Source of the DNA: Blastocystis sp. Blastoise
Lineage: Eukaryota; Protista; Bigyra: Opalinata
Assembly (NCBI GenBank): GCA_039096225.1
Contig: JBBPEB010000027.1
Location: forward strand, 620,001 to 684,000
DNA length: 64,000 bases
Direction of reading: 5' to 3'
Both the position numbers and the translations under genes were made by a program. Positions 47,709-64,000 of this stretch are shown here, in pieces; position 1 is the stretch's first letter; every line of letters begins with the position of its first letter. The notes beneath the pieces are model-generated. The model saw nothing but the letters and a program-made list of their open reading frames with translations, made no database searches and was not told the origin of the DNA.

Positions 47709-48809
47709 TAATAATAATAATAATAATAATATACAAGCAATAAGTGGTTTTATGTGAGAGAGAGAACTTGAGAAGGAATCAATGCATATAGACATGTCAG
47801 ATAATACATTCTCTACCTATCCAAATCATATACATATATATTATTATAACAATAACATAATGAATAGTTATAGAATATATAACTATATATATACAGTAAC
47901 AGTAGCACTGAGTCCCCTTCCACTGCACGTGACTTTCAATGGATTGTAAACTACTACATCTTTCTTAATCTCTAAAATACTCTACAATATAATATAGCAT
48001 AGAAATATTCTCTCTCTAAATATATCAATATATATATATATATACTTTAGATATGTTTTCACTAAAGGTGAACATTGACTGAAGGAGACGTTGATGTGGC
48101 GGATTATTGATATTTTCAAGAGGAAACACAGGTTGTAAGTATCGTTCCTTTGTTGATATCTTCTTATCAGAGTATATTATTAAGAGACATTACGAAAATC
48201 ATTGATATGTAGAGAATATATATAATATATATAATATATATAAAAAATATTATACATATATATTAATACTATATATATAATCTATGAAAAGGATATAACA
48301 ATAAGTGAAGAAGGTTTAATGATGGTATTTAAACAAAGAGGTATATTACAACAATATTTTGGAACTGTAATTTTAATTTGTATTTCTATATAACCCACGA
48401 GATTCTCTTGAACATACATATATTGCATCCATTTTGGCTCCTCTAAAGAGACATATATAAATATATATGTTAGTTTATTTATTATATATATAATTATATA
48501 TAATTGAATACTTAGAATAGTTTTATTATTCAAATAACAAATTGGAAAAACAGAATCTTTTTGATATAAAGGTTTAGATTTTAACGCTCTATCTTTTAAA
48601 CAATCAGTTAAATTCAAACACACTTGAGCTTTTGGTAATTCATTTTTATTTTCTTCATTTATTACAGAATCATTTTTGCATTTGATTAAGACATACAATT
48701 TAAGTGATTCACCAGCTAATAAAAAGTGTCTGAATGTTGGTAAAGATTTATATGCGTCATCCATGTCAGGAATCCACACATCAAATAGTAATTGATCAAA
48801 TGTTGACAT
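46733..48809 (-). CDS. TRAPP-associated protein, TRAPPC14/C7orf43-like, about 10 exons, one AT-AC intron
   Basis: N-terminal YKSLPTFRHFLLAGESLKLYVLIKC resembles the TRAPPC14 start; beta-rich C-terminus ending LRILQKGKYEFP. Confidence 0.5.
48172..48296 (-). other. U12-type AT-AC intron
   Basis: 5' ATATCCTT (consensus), branch-like GTCTCTTAAT at 48188-48179, 3' TAC; joins SSLIV|SDKKISTKERY in an open frame. Confidence 0.87.
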
Positions 48810-49024
48810 TCTTATCAATAGAGTTAGTAAACAAACAAAAAAACTATTTAATCATGATTTTATGATACATATAAATACAAAAAAATCAGTTCAGAACTGA
48901 ATTATTCTTAATTTTTTCTATCCTATTTTTTGGAAAAGAGAAATTGATTTACAATTATCTGTTTTGTGATTTACAAAGGAGGTATTATTATTTTCTTTGT
49001 ATATATTGAGGATCTACATAAGTA

Positions 49025-49627
49025 ATGACATTCCGTACACATCAAAGACATGTCAAAATCATAAAGATGGCTAAGGGCTATCGTGGTAGAGCAAAGAATT
49101 GCTATACTATTGCTGTCAGACAAGTTCATCGATCATGGCAGAAAATGTATGTTGGTAGAAAACTTAAACAACGTGATATGCGTTCTCTATGGATTCAAAG
49201 AATTAATGCTGCTTCTAGAATTTTTGGTACTTCATATAACAAATTGATTTCTCAAGAGAAGAAAGCAGGTATCCTATTGAATCGTAAAGTTCTTGCAGAT
49301 ATGGCTGTTACTGTATTTGATTGATTTATTACTTTTAATCTATATATATATATATATTTAACTATTTAAAGAATGTCACACATGTTTATTCTTTTTATTG
49401 ATTATCACTATTATTATCATAAATAGTATTATTGATAATGTTATGAATTCTCTGATATATAGGAACCATGTTCATTTAAAGCTATTGTTGATGCTGTAAC
49501 TTATAGTATTAAATACCCTACTGTTCCAATTCCTAGATATAGAACATCAGAGAATACCAAACATGATCCTGATTATGAAGTTCTTTCAAGGGTAGAAAAA
49601 CAACTTGGGGAAATGAAATTAGAATAA
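49025..49627 (+). CDS. MRPL20: Mitochondrial ribosomal protein bL20m, 2 exons
   Basis: [41 protein letters not shown]|EPCSFKAI. Confidence 0.93.
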
Positions 49628-50257
49628 AAATAATCAATTCTATTATTATTCTTTTGTTTTTTATATGTATTTTAATCCAGTTGTATTGTTTACAGACTCC
49701 TTTTGGTGATTTTATTCTCATTAAATAAAGAAAAATATATATATGAACGAATTCAATTAAAGGTTTATTTATTACATTACATTCATAAGAATTATTTTTA
49801 CATAGAGTTAATGGAATAAGAATTTTTTGTGTATATTTTCATTCAAATATTTATTTTTTAATTCAAAACACTTTAGTTTATAGTATATTTGCTTTCCTGA
49901 ACTATCTATTACGCTATCTATATAATATATTAATAAAAACAAAAACAAAAACACGAATGATCCAAATAAATTTGCAGTAAAATTAAAAAAATAGTAATCT
50001 ATGATTTTCCTAAAAGATTTTCAATTGTTTATTTTACTATTTCTAATATATAAAGTGAAGAGTGATCAAAAAAAATGAGTAAAATAAAAATTTCTATCAA
50101 AATGATTCTATGGATAATGATCTATTGATTCCCACGATTCTAGAGAAAAACCTTAGAGAAAAAAGCAAAAGAGAATCAAAGGAACAAAGAATAAGAATTT
50201 CTGTTTCGTTATCTGAATGAGACTTTTATGATAATCAAAGATAATTGAACAAATCAA

Positions 50258-50270
50258 GAAGTTTCTAGAA
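50258..50270. promoter_or_regulatory. Heat-shock element upstream of UBC4
   Basis: GAAgtTTCtaGAA, a perfect three-unit HSE about 110 bp upstream of the ATG. Confidence 0.5.
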
Positions 50271-50375
50271 CTTTATTCAGGAAGTTCAGTTGATACAATT
50301 CTTTGAAAAAATATTGTATTGTTTTCTGATAATATAGAAATCAACAAGCTTTATAGAATTAATTTATATAAATAA

Positions 50376-50909
<534 letters not shown>

Positions 50910-51088
50910 ACATTCTTTCTTTCTTTTTTAAATTAAAAAATATATATAAAATAAATGAATTACTTGTGTTTTGTTAAATTGTATTCATTTATCTACTTTT
51001 AAAAACATATATATTATTCATAGAAACAAAAACACAAAGATATTATTTTAATATATATATTTAAAGACTATTATTATATAGATGATAT

Positions 51089-52483
51089 TTATTCTTGTGC
51101 TGTACCAAGGACATGACCACCACCCAAGTAATGAACGGAATAATCAGCAGCTGTTTTAGGAGCATTCGTAGGTAATGACAAAGCTTTTCTTCTATAAATA
51201 ATATAATGAGAAAGTATTCATTAATATATATATATATATATACAACCAAAGAGGAGTTGAGAAAAAACGTGTATTTTTTGTTGTTTCAAAAACCTATAAG
51301 AATAATTTATATAAATATATATATATTTATCATAATAAATAGAATAATAAATAGAATAAAAAAAAATATAAAAATTATAAATAGAATAAAAAATATAATA
51401 AATATAAAAAAAGAATAGAATAAAAAAATAATAATAAACATAATAATAAATAAAATAATAATACAATAGAAATGAATCTATATATAGACATACTTGAGTA
51501 AAGAAATAGAATATATGTCCTGTGACAATTCCAAGAATATTAACAAGAATAGAAGATCCCATAAGTAAAGAGACACCCATCATAACATAAGGAATATAAA
51601 ATCCAGTAACAGGTATACCGTAGTATTTAAACGTAGTATCCGAGAACTTCTTACTCCACACATAGACAAGGTAATCAATTAATATATAGGAACAAAAGGG
51701 AAGACCAATACACCAACCGGAAATCTATATATATACATATATATATTATTGACTAGTCGAGAATTATACTACTTATATTGATTATAAATATATATTTCAT
51801 ATAAACATATATATTATTAACTACAATAAATCTATCTTTCATATAAAAAGATATTAATAATCAAAAGTTATATTTCATATAAAACGACATATTAATAATT
51901 AAAACTAATAAATATATATATTAATATATATATATATATATATATATTATAAATAGAATATACTAAAGATAAAACACAACCCCAAAGAAGACAAAAAACA
52001 AAATCAGCTTTATCACCTGCTCCTCCTATATTTATATTATATATTCACACTTTATATATTATAATTATTATAATATACCTTGTGTGCATGATAAGGGAGT
52101 TTGTTCTAAAGCACCCATATATTGAAGACTAAATAAATAGAATCATACATATTCATAATAGAGATAAGTGAAAAAAAAAAATTAAAAACTATTATTTAAA
52201 ACAAGATCTATTCATATTTATCCATTAAGAATATTATAAATATATACATGATCATTAAGGTAATAAAAAAATTAAGAGAGGGTCTTCCAATAAACATAAA
52301 ATTTCCAATTAATCTATTAAATTGAAAATGCTTGATTACTGATTCAAGATCAAAACTTAAATCACCTATAGAATAAATACCCATCGTTGAGGTCAATCCT
52401 AATGTTAAAAGAATAACCAAATAACATCTGGTGATCGTTGGTATATTGAAAAACCAATCTTTTGTACTATTTGAAGCTTGCAT
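51089..52483 (-). CDS. DERL: Derlin (DER1-like ERAD protein), about 6 exons
   Basis: WFFNIPTITR, FNRLIGNFMF, ADF, VYVWSK, GIVTGHIFYF, C-terminal GGGHVLG (SHP-like). Confidence 0.9.
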
Positions 52484-52789
52484 AATGAACAAACAAATAA
52501 AAAAGAAATTAAAACAATAAACAATAAATAATCTTGATTCTTCTTTTCTTTATCCAGAATTTAACAGAATAATCTCAAACAACGCCAAATAGCGTCCAGT
52601 TTCTTTTTTTCTTCTTTTGTAGCCTGTTTAGTCGGGAATCGTGGGAATTTCTTGAAAACACCTATATTTCTTTGAACAAAAGAATCTGGCAAAAAAATTC
52701 CCTCTCGCGGTTTATCAAACCTCCAAAAAAAAAAGTTTTGTTTTTTTAGGAAATAGAAAAATCATTTTTATCAAATAAATATATTAAGA

Positions 52790-53066
52790 ATGAGTACGTC
52801 GATAGTATCAGCTCAAACAAAGAAAGAGTTTGAATCATCAAGGGTATTTTCTATTCGTTTCACTTGTTTGAGTGATCATTATTTAGGATGAGTTTACGCA
52901 ACTTCGTGTTATAAATAGGGTAATGCAGAAAGAATTTGTTTCTTTTCAAATGAAAGGAAGAAAATTCGTTCGATTCTCTGAATTAACAACAGCAAATTCA
53001 AAACGCTTCAATGAAAGTGATGTATATTGTTTATTTTTATTTAATTTGTTTTATCATTATTTAAAG

Positions 53067-53118
<52 letters not shown>

Positions 53119-55607
53119 TCTATTTAATATCTAGGACAATTGGGTAACTTATGGTATTGTTTCAAAAGTTGGAGATATTAAAGATAATAAAATAGGTAAG
53201 AAATATCAGACTTTAACTATTACAGATCTCAGTGAAAATTATATTATGGTATTTCTGAACTCGAAAGCATTAGTCAATCATGAATCTATTAAAAGTGGTG
53301 AAATAGTATATACTATATATTTATATATATATTATTTATTCATTTAAATAATTAGAATCACTAGTATATCAATGATTATAATAACCTTTTCATTGTATAG
53401 TATTTTTTAATTAATCCAGAGATTGTACCTGGTTCAGAACGTTTTAAATCCATTTCGTTATCTATAAATACAAGTGATCAACTTCAAAAATTAGGTGAAT
53501 CGAAAGATTTTGGTTTTTGTAAAGGAAAGACATCTAATGGTAATCGTTGTACGAATGCTATTAATACTTCACTTGGTCAATATTGTATGTACCATGTTAA
53601 TATGAAAATGACAGTTGCTAGAAATAATCGAAGAGAACTAAATAATAGTATATATATATAGAATTATTCATTTCTTAATTATCTACATTTTATTGTTATT
53701 CATCTATTTATCTAAGGATATATATATTCTTTTATTCTTTAATAATTCCTATACTATTTATTATCTATATATATATATTTCTCTTTAGTTCCTATATCAA
53801 TTCATCATGATTCTCAGCCACAACCTGGTATATTTACGTTAAATCGTTCTATTCTTTCTTCTACAACAAAACCATCACCTCAATGTGGTTTACTCCCTCC
53901 AAGAGCATCTCTTAATAGAAATAGCTCTATTCTAAAGAATATGACTCCAAAAATAGAAAATCTTAAGGTTATACCCACGGGAATACAAGGAAAACGATAT
54001 TTAACTGTATTAAATCAAACAAAAGTAAAACCTTTATCTCCTTCTGTTCCTTTGCAACCAAATACATCTCAATCTATATTAGGCACAAAAGAAAATAGAG
54101 AAAGTTTAGGTTCTAATATACGTCTTTCTCTTGATTCTACTATTTCTACTTCTTCTTCTTCTTCTTCTCCTCTTATTGCTAGTCTTCATAATTCTAAAGA
54201 TTCATTAAGTCATACATCTCCACGTAAAATAATCGATTCATCACCAACAAAATTGAAATCCTCAGTATCTATTAAGAATAATAATAATAATTCTAATAAT
54301 AATAATATATCAAATAGTAATAATATATCAAATAATAATAATATATCAAATAATAATAATATAACAACAAATACTACTATAAGTAAATCATCTTTTTTAA
54401 AAGAGTCTCCTTCTCAATCTCATGGTGTGAAACGTCCTATTTGTTATGAACCTACAGATAATACTATTATTTCTCAAATAGGACAGGGTGTCGATTCAAA
54501 TGGATATATTCAATTAGATAGTGAAGATATGTATCAATTACAACGTATTCAAAAGAATCAAATGATTGGAGATCAATTAAGATCTCAACATATTTTACCT
54601 GATGATAAACAACCTTCTCTCTCTGCTTACGAATATTTAGTAAAACATACAAAAAATATATCTGTTTCAACTCCTAAGAAATCAAATAACTCTTATAAAC
54701 CTTCTCCAACAAATGTTACTACATCTCTATATACTGATTCTTCTTCAGTATCTCCTCTTCCTTCTTCTATTGTCTCTAAAATAAATCAAGAAAATCCTTA
54801 TAATAAAATGATTACTACTTCTGTTCCTATCAGTTCTTTTGGAAAGAATCAATATCCTAAGTTTATAAATACAAATACAACCACTATAACTACTTCTTCT
54901 CCTTCAAAAGCTCCTGGATTACCTACTACTTATGATTTAACGAGAAAAGCTACTCCTAAAGAAGAACGATTATATGACAGTATTAATAATAATACTTCTA
55001 AACAACCTTTACCTGAAATATCTATTGAAACATTACAATCCTATCAATCCCCTTATGAACAAAATGCTTTACATGAAGAAATGATTCGCAAAATTGAGTT
55101 ATTAGAAAAACAAGAAAAAATTCAAGATTATCATAATAGTATTATGGAACAAGAAATAACTGTATTTTATTGCCCAATGTGTAAAATATATGTCAATGGT
55201 ACTTCAAAATCTATTTGTGAATCCAAAGGACATTGTGTTGAAATTAAACAAGTAATAAAAACTACGTATAGATGTCAAGAATGTCATAAGAAATATCCTG
55301 TTTTTGATAATCATGAACCCAAAAGACCTTGTGAATGTGGAAGGTATTTATTATTATTTATTCCTTTATTCTTATTTATTTATTTTATATTCTATTGTAT
55401 TATATATATATATATATATATTATAATCATTATATGCTTATTTATTATGTAAATAGAAATTATAATATATATTTCTTTATATATAGTGTTTTATGGAAAC
55501 GTTGTCCTATATTTGGTGACGAAGATCTTCCTAAAAAAGAAAAAGAAGAATCCATTATTATACCTGTCAAATATGCACATAGAAGTGCTTATACTATTCG
55601 AGAATAA
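52790..55607 (+). CDS. MCM10: MCM10 replication factor, 6 exons
   Basis: DEFTQLRV, NWVTYGIV, TITDL, LGESKDFGFCKGKTSNGNRCTNAIN..YCMYH; C-terminal CCCH/CCCC zinc fingers. Confidence 0.9.
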
Positions 55608-56025
55608 ATATACATATATATATATTCATTTTATTTATTTATGACTTTTTCTATAAACTCTTTCTTTTTCTACTTTTTATTTTTGTACTATTATTTCTGG
55701 GTTTTTTTTTTCATATATCAAAAGAAGACTTTATTTTCTATTTTCATAATTCTATTTTAATTTTTTTTTTTCAATTTTATTCCTTTTTTTATCTTTTTAC
55801 TTTTTTTAATATTTGGTTGACAAACTTATAATTGTCTGATAACTCATGTTTAATTGTTTTTAATATATTTCAAGATAAAATAATTAAGAATAAAAAACAT
55901 ATAAAACGATAAACAAATAATAAACTATTATTATTATTATTATTACATCCTATATATAGTTTCAAAAGTGAAAAATGAAAAAGAAATTTTAAAAAATAAG
56001 AAAAACAATATATATATGGAATAAA

Positions 56026-57798
56026 TTAAGTTAAAGGATTAATGACTTTTTTAAAGAATATTTTAAAGTTATTACTAAATATTGATTTGATTTTAGTGTT
56101 TTCATAGTTTTCTTCTATAGTTTTATATCTAAATAATTGTTGATTTAGTATTTCAATTTCTTCGGAATAATCTAATTCATCTTTTCGTTGTTGTTCCTCA
56201 TAATATTCAATTTGTTGAAGAATTTCCTTTTGTTCTTTCTTATATGTTTGTATATGTAAATATAAATCTAATCTAGAGAATAATTTGATTTTTAAATACT
56301 CTAAATTCGACATATCTTCATCTACTGTCTGATTATTTGTCGATAATAAATCCCAATACATAATTTGTGAAAGAATAGAAATACCTGCTTCACATGCTGG
56401 AGTAGCATAGAATACAACAGAATATTCGGTAAACATAAAGAAGAACGAATAGGGTAATATTATGTAAAAAAGAAAGTATACAATAGTTTGGAATATAAGA
56501 AGTAAATCGATATTATAACTCGAAATGAGCATGGAGACTAATGTTGAAATACAAGGTATAAATGGAAGTGAACAAACATAGAAAGAAGACCCATAGGAAA
56601 TAATAGACATAAATAGAGAGGTTGGTTTCATATCATTAAATAATGTATATGATAAATATAATATAGGAGAGGAGATAGCAAGAGATACAATAGTTGATAT
56701 ATAATATGTATTTTGTATACAGTTAAGATATCTACCATAATAATCAAGTTTATTACTACAAGAGAAAAGGATAGGTATAACCGATTGACATATAGATTTA
56801 GGTATAGTAACAACAATACGATACGTAATAGTAAGTACACCAAATGCACTTATTAATTCTACTTCTGAATCTGTAGTTAGATTTCTATTGACATTCATAA
56901 GTATAGTATAAATCACAAATGAATTTAATACTTGAAATACACTATCTATAAATATAGGTAATGAATACCATAAAATAGACTTTATAATCGACCAAGAAGG
57001 ACGTAATCGAAAGAAATCTAATTTAAATATTTCTTTATGAGTAAGGTAATAAGCACCATAAATAGATATAATTGCATAGGAGATATTTGATGATAATGCA
57101 CAACCAAGAACATTCATATTTAAAAAATAAGCGAATATAAAATTTAAGGCTTGTTTTATACATAATGAAAATAATGTTAGCATACATACAATAAATCCTT
57201 TATTACTATTCATTAAATGAAAGAGGAATAGAAAACACATACCTTGTGTAAATGAACCACATGCAGAAATCTGAATATAATCGGTGGATGAAAATAATGT
57301 ATTACTGGCTATACTTGCACCAAATAATTCTAAGACGTATTTCCCAAATAAATATGTCTCTGCCATATATATACAGAATATACATACAATAATGAAAATC
57401 ACATTAAAAATAATATCTTCTCGCTTTATTGAAGAATAATTCAATAATGTTATAGAGTATGTATAAAATCCAATACAAACACCCCAAAGAAGAGGCCACA
57501 AAAACATATATTCAAAATTACTTGCAACAAATAACGCTGTCATATCACGAAAACGTTCCAAATTTGATAAAGATGTCACCGAAATCACCTGAATATCTGA
57601 TCCATTCATCACTGCCTTATATAAAGAGAGAAATAGGAATGGAATACCAATACGAAGCATCACATTTGATAAAGGTTTTTCATGTAATAACTTGGAACGA
57701 TTCTCCAAGTATTTGTCTGGTATAAATCCTGCATTCTCTGAAGGATCAGGAATATCCTGATCAGGTGAATATTGCAATCCGTAACTACTTTCATCCAT
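56026..57798 (-). CDS. MATE-family multidrug/efflux transporter, intronless
   Basis: About 12 hydrophobic segments; KPL..VMLRIGIP, LNFIFAYFLNMNVLGCALSS, KSILWYSLP, ISAFGV. Confidence 0.72.
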   Translation of the reverse strand: MDESSYGLQYSPDQDIPDPSENAGFIPDKYLENRSKLLHEKPLSNVMLRIGIPFLFLSLYKAVMNGSDIQVISVTSLSNLERFRDMTALFVASNFEYMFLWPLLWGVCIGFYTYSITLLNYSSIKREDIIFNVIFIIVCIFCIYMAETYLFGKYVLELFGASIASNTLFSSTDYIQISACGSFTQGMCFLFLFHLMNSNKGFIVCMLTLFSLCIKQALNFIFAYFLNMNVLGCALSSNISYAIISIYGAYYLTHKEIFKLDFFRLRPSWSIIKSILWYSLPIFIDSVFQVLNSFVIYTILMNVNRNLTTDSEVELISAFGVLTITYRIVVTIPKSICQSVIPILFSCSNKLDYYGRYLNCIQNTYYISTIVSLAISSPILYLSYTLFNDMKPTSLFMSIISYGSSFYVCSLPFIPCISTLVSMLISSYNIDLLLIFQTIVYFLFYIILPYSFFFMFTEYSVVFYATPACEAGISILSQIMYWDLLSTNNQTVDEDMSNLEYLKIKLFSRLDLYLHIQTYKKEQKEILQQIEYYEEQQRKDELDYSEEIEILNQQLFRYKTIEENYENTKIKSIFSNNFKIFFKKVINPLT

Positions 57799-59544
57799 AC
57801 TGAAGTTCAATTACTTTCAAACCTAGACAACTGATCTAAACTTGTTTCTTTATTATGTGATAATATTATTTATATATACTAGATATTTTTATAAATGAAA
57901 ATTAAGAAGATAAAAGGAATAAAAATTTATTTTTGTCTTTGTTTTTCTTTTAGTGTTCTTTTCATCATATTTAAGAGTATTCAATTATGTCGTCTTTTTT
58001 ACTTTCTTTTTTATCATATATATATATATTGTATATTTATTATAATAGTATTTAAAAACAATTTTCTCAAGATTAATAGGAATCATGAAAAATTTGCATT
58101 TATGTACTATTCTTGTTTTCATTTTCATGGGTTTTTAATTATTTTCTTTTCTTTGTTTCTTCATATTTGTATGTTATCTACAGTGATATAAATGAAATAT
58201 CCATATCCATATAGCTCTAGAATCTTGTGAAACTAATTATTTTTTGATATTATTCTGGTTTATATCACAAGAATCGTCTGAAACTGACAATATTGTGTAT
58301 TATCACATAAATTTACAAACACTAAGTTTCTACATAATAGAATAACTATGATTTTAAAAAATAATGTAGCTGACTGTTAAAATTAATTAACATTCTTTAT
58401 TTATTATATATAGAGTCTTTGTATATTTATTCTTACTATGTATAGAACTTATTGATATTTATTTTTATACAAAAACAAAGCATAGAAATTTTTTATCGTC
58501 TGTTTATTTGTTTGCATCAATTATTTTTCTTTTATTCTTTTTAGGAAAAGTGTTTTTTATATTTTTACAATTAGACTTGTATCTATTTATTGCAAAATAT
58601 AACAGAGTATTTTTTTTGTGAATAATCTCCTTAATTATGAGTTATATATACAGTATAGTTTTTTTTCCTACATATACTTATATCTATATAAAGTGTTTTT
58701 CCAAATAAGTATTATTTTACATTATATATTCGTTGTTTGTTATCCTATTATTTATATTTTCATTAATATGTATTATTCATTATGTATTATTTACTATGTA
58801 TATTTATTACTATATGAATAGATAGTATGATAAATTAAATATAACGGCATAGATAAATCAGCAATTTTCTCTTTCTCTTCTCGTTTATCTATTACTATTC
58901 ATGTTATAATATAGAGATATATCTAGTGCAAATAAAGACTATTACTGATTCTTTGTTTATAACCTATATAAATTCTTAAAAAGTATAGTAAATACATCAA
59001 TAGTAGAGTTATTTATATAAATAATAAGAAATATAAAAATTTGGTAAAATTAATTTCTTCAAAATAGCAACTTTTAAAGAGTATAAATAAATTAGTTAAT
59101 GATTTATATAGAACATGATAAAGATAAGTTTTATCATGAGAACATAAATAAATCATCCTTTATCGTTTTCTAACATGATATTGAATAATTTTTTGTTATG
59201 ATAAAAAATAAATATAAAGAATAGCTTATATTATTATAATTTTCATTTGACTATGCTCCTTGATAATCATGTTAGATCACTGAACATAAGATTACGGAAA
59301 CCAAACAATTAATACGAGTGAATCAGAATTTTTGTTTTGTTTTAGCTTTCATTCTCATTATTCTTATAGTATATTGATGCATCTTATGAAATTGAGACTT
59401 TACACTAGAAATCCCTTCTATTCTAGATCAATAACGAAAGTCTAAAATTTAAAACTGACTTCATATTTTAGAATTCCCAGAAATCTAAGAAGGATTTCTA
59501 TAACAAACAAATTAAACCGTCTTATTCACAATCGATAAAATAAA

Positions 59545-64000
<4,456 letters not shown>

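Noticed and set aside
52580-52712. E2F-like sites upstream of MCM10
   Set aside because: Matches (TTTGGCGT, TTCCCGAC) are imperfect and too short to support alone

Overview
Gene-dense, very AT-rich eukaryotic nuclear DNA with about 25 intron-containing protein genes and one tRNA-Ala. The gene content (bacterial-type PEPCK and PepD, a GT31 galactosyltransferase, a TSET subunit, AT-AC introns) suggests a Blastocystis-like gut stramenopile; this assignment is an inference. Most long low-complexity ORFs in the track are artefacts of intronic (ATT)n/(TA)n microsatellites. Main discoveries: (1) a 6.8-kb CACTA-type DNA transposon at 17827-24607, with perfect 11-bp TIRs (CACTATCAGGT...ACCTGATAGTG) and a TCT target-site duplication. 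It has no recognisable transposase, carries an intron-containing, decaying fragment of a USP34/USP9-like host gene plus two related spliced non-coding exon modules (Pack-CACTA-like), and sits in the CKS1 promoter. (2) Three AT-AC minor-spliceosome (U12-type) introns, two of them in one CDK gene. (3) Introns made largely or entirely of self-complementary (TA)n, including a pure G(TA)42G intron. (4) A bacterial-type PEPCK with a mitochondrial presequence, divergent from a PepD gene whose two introns lack a usable AG acceptor. All exon models were assembled by eye.
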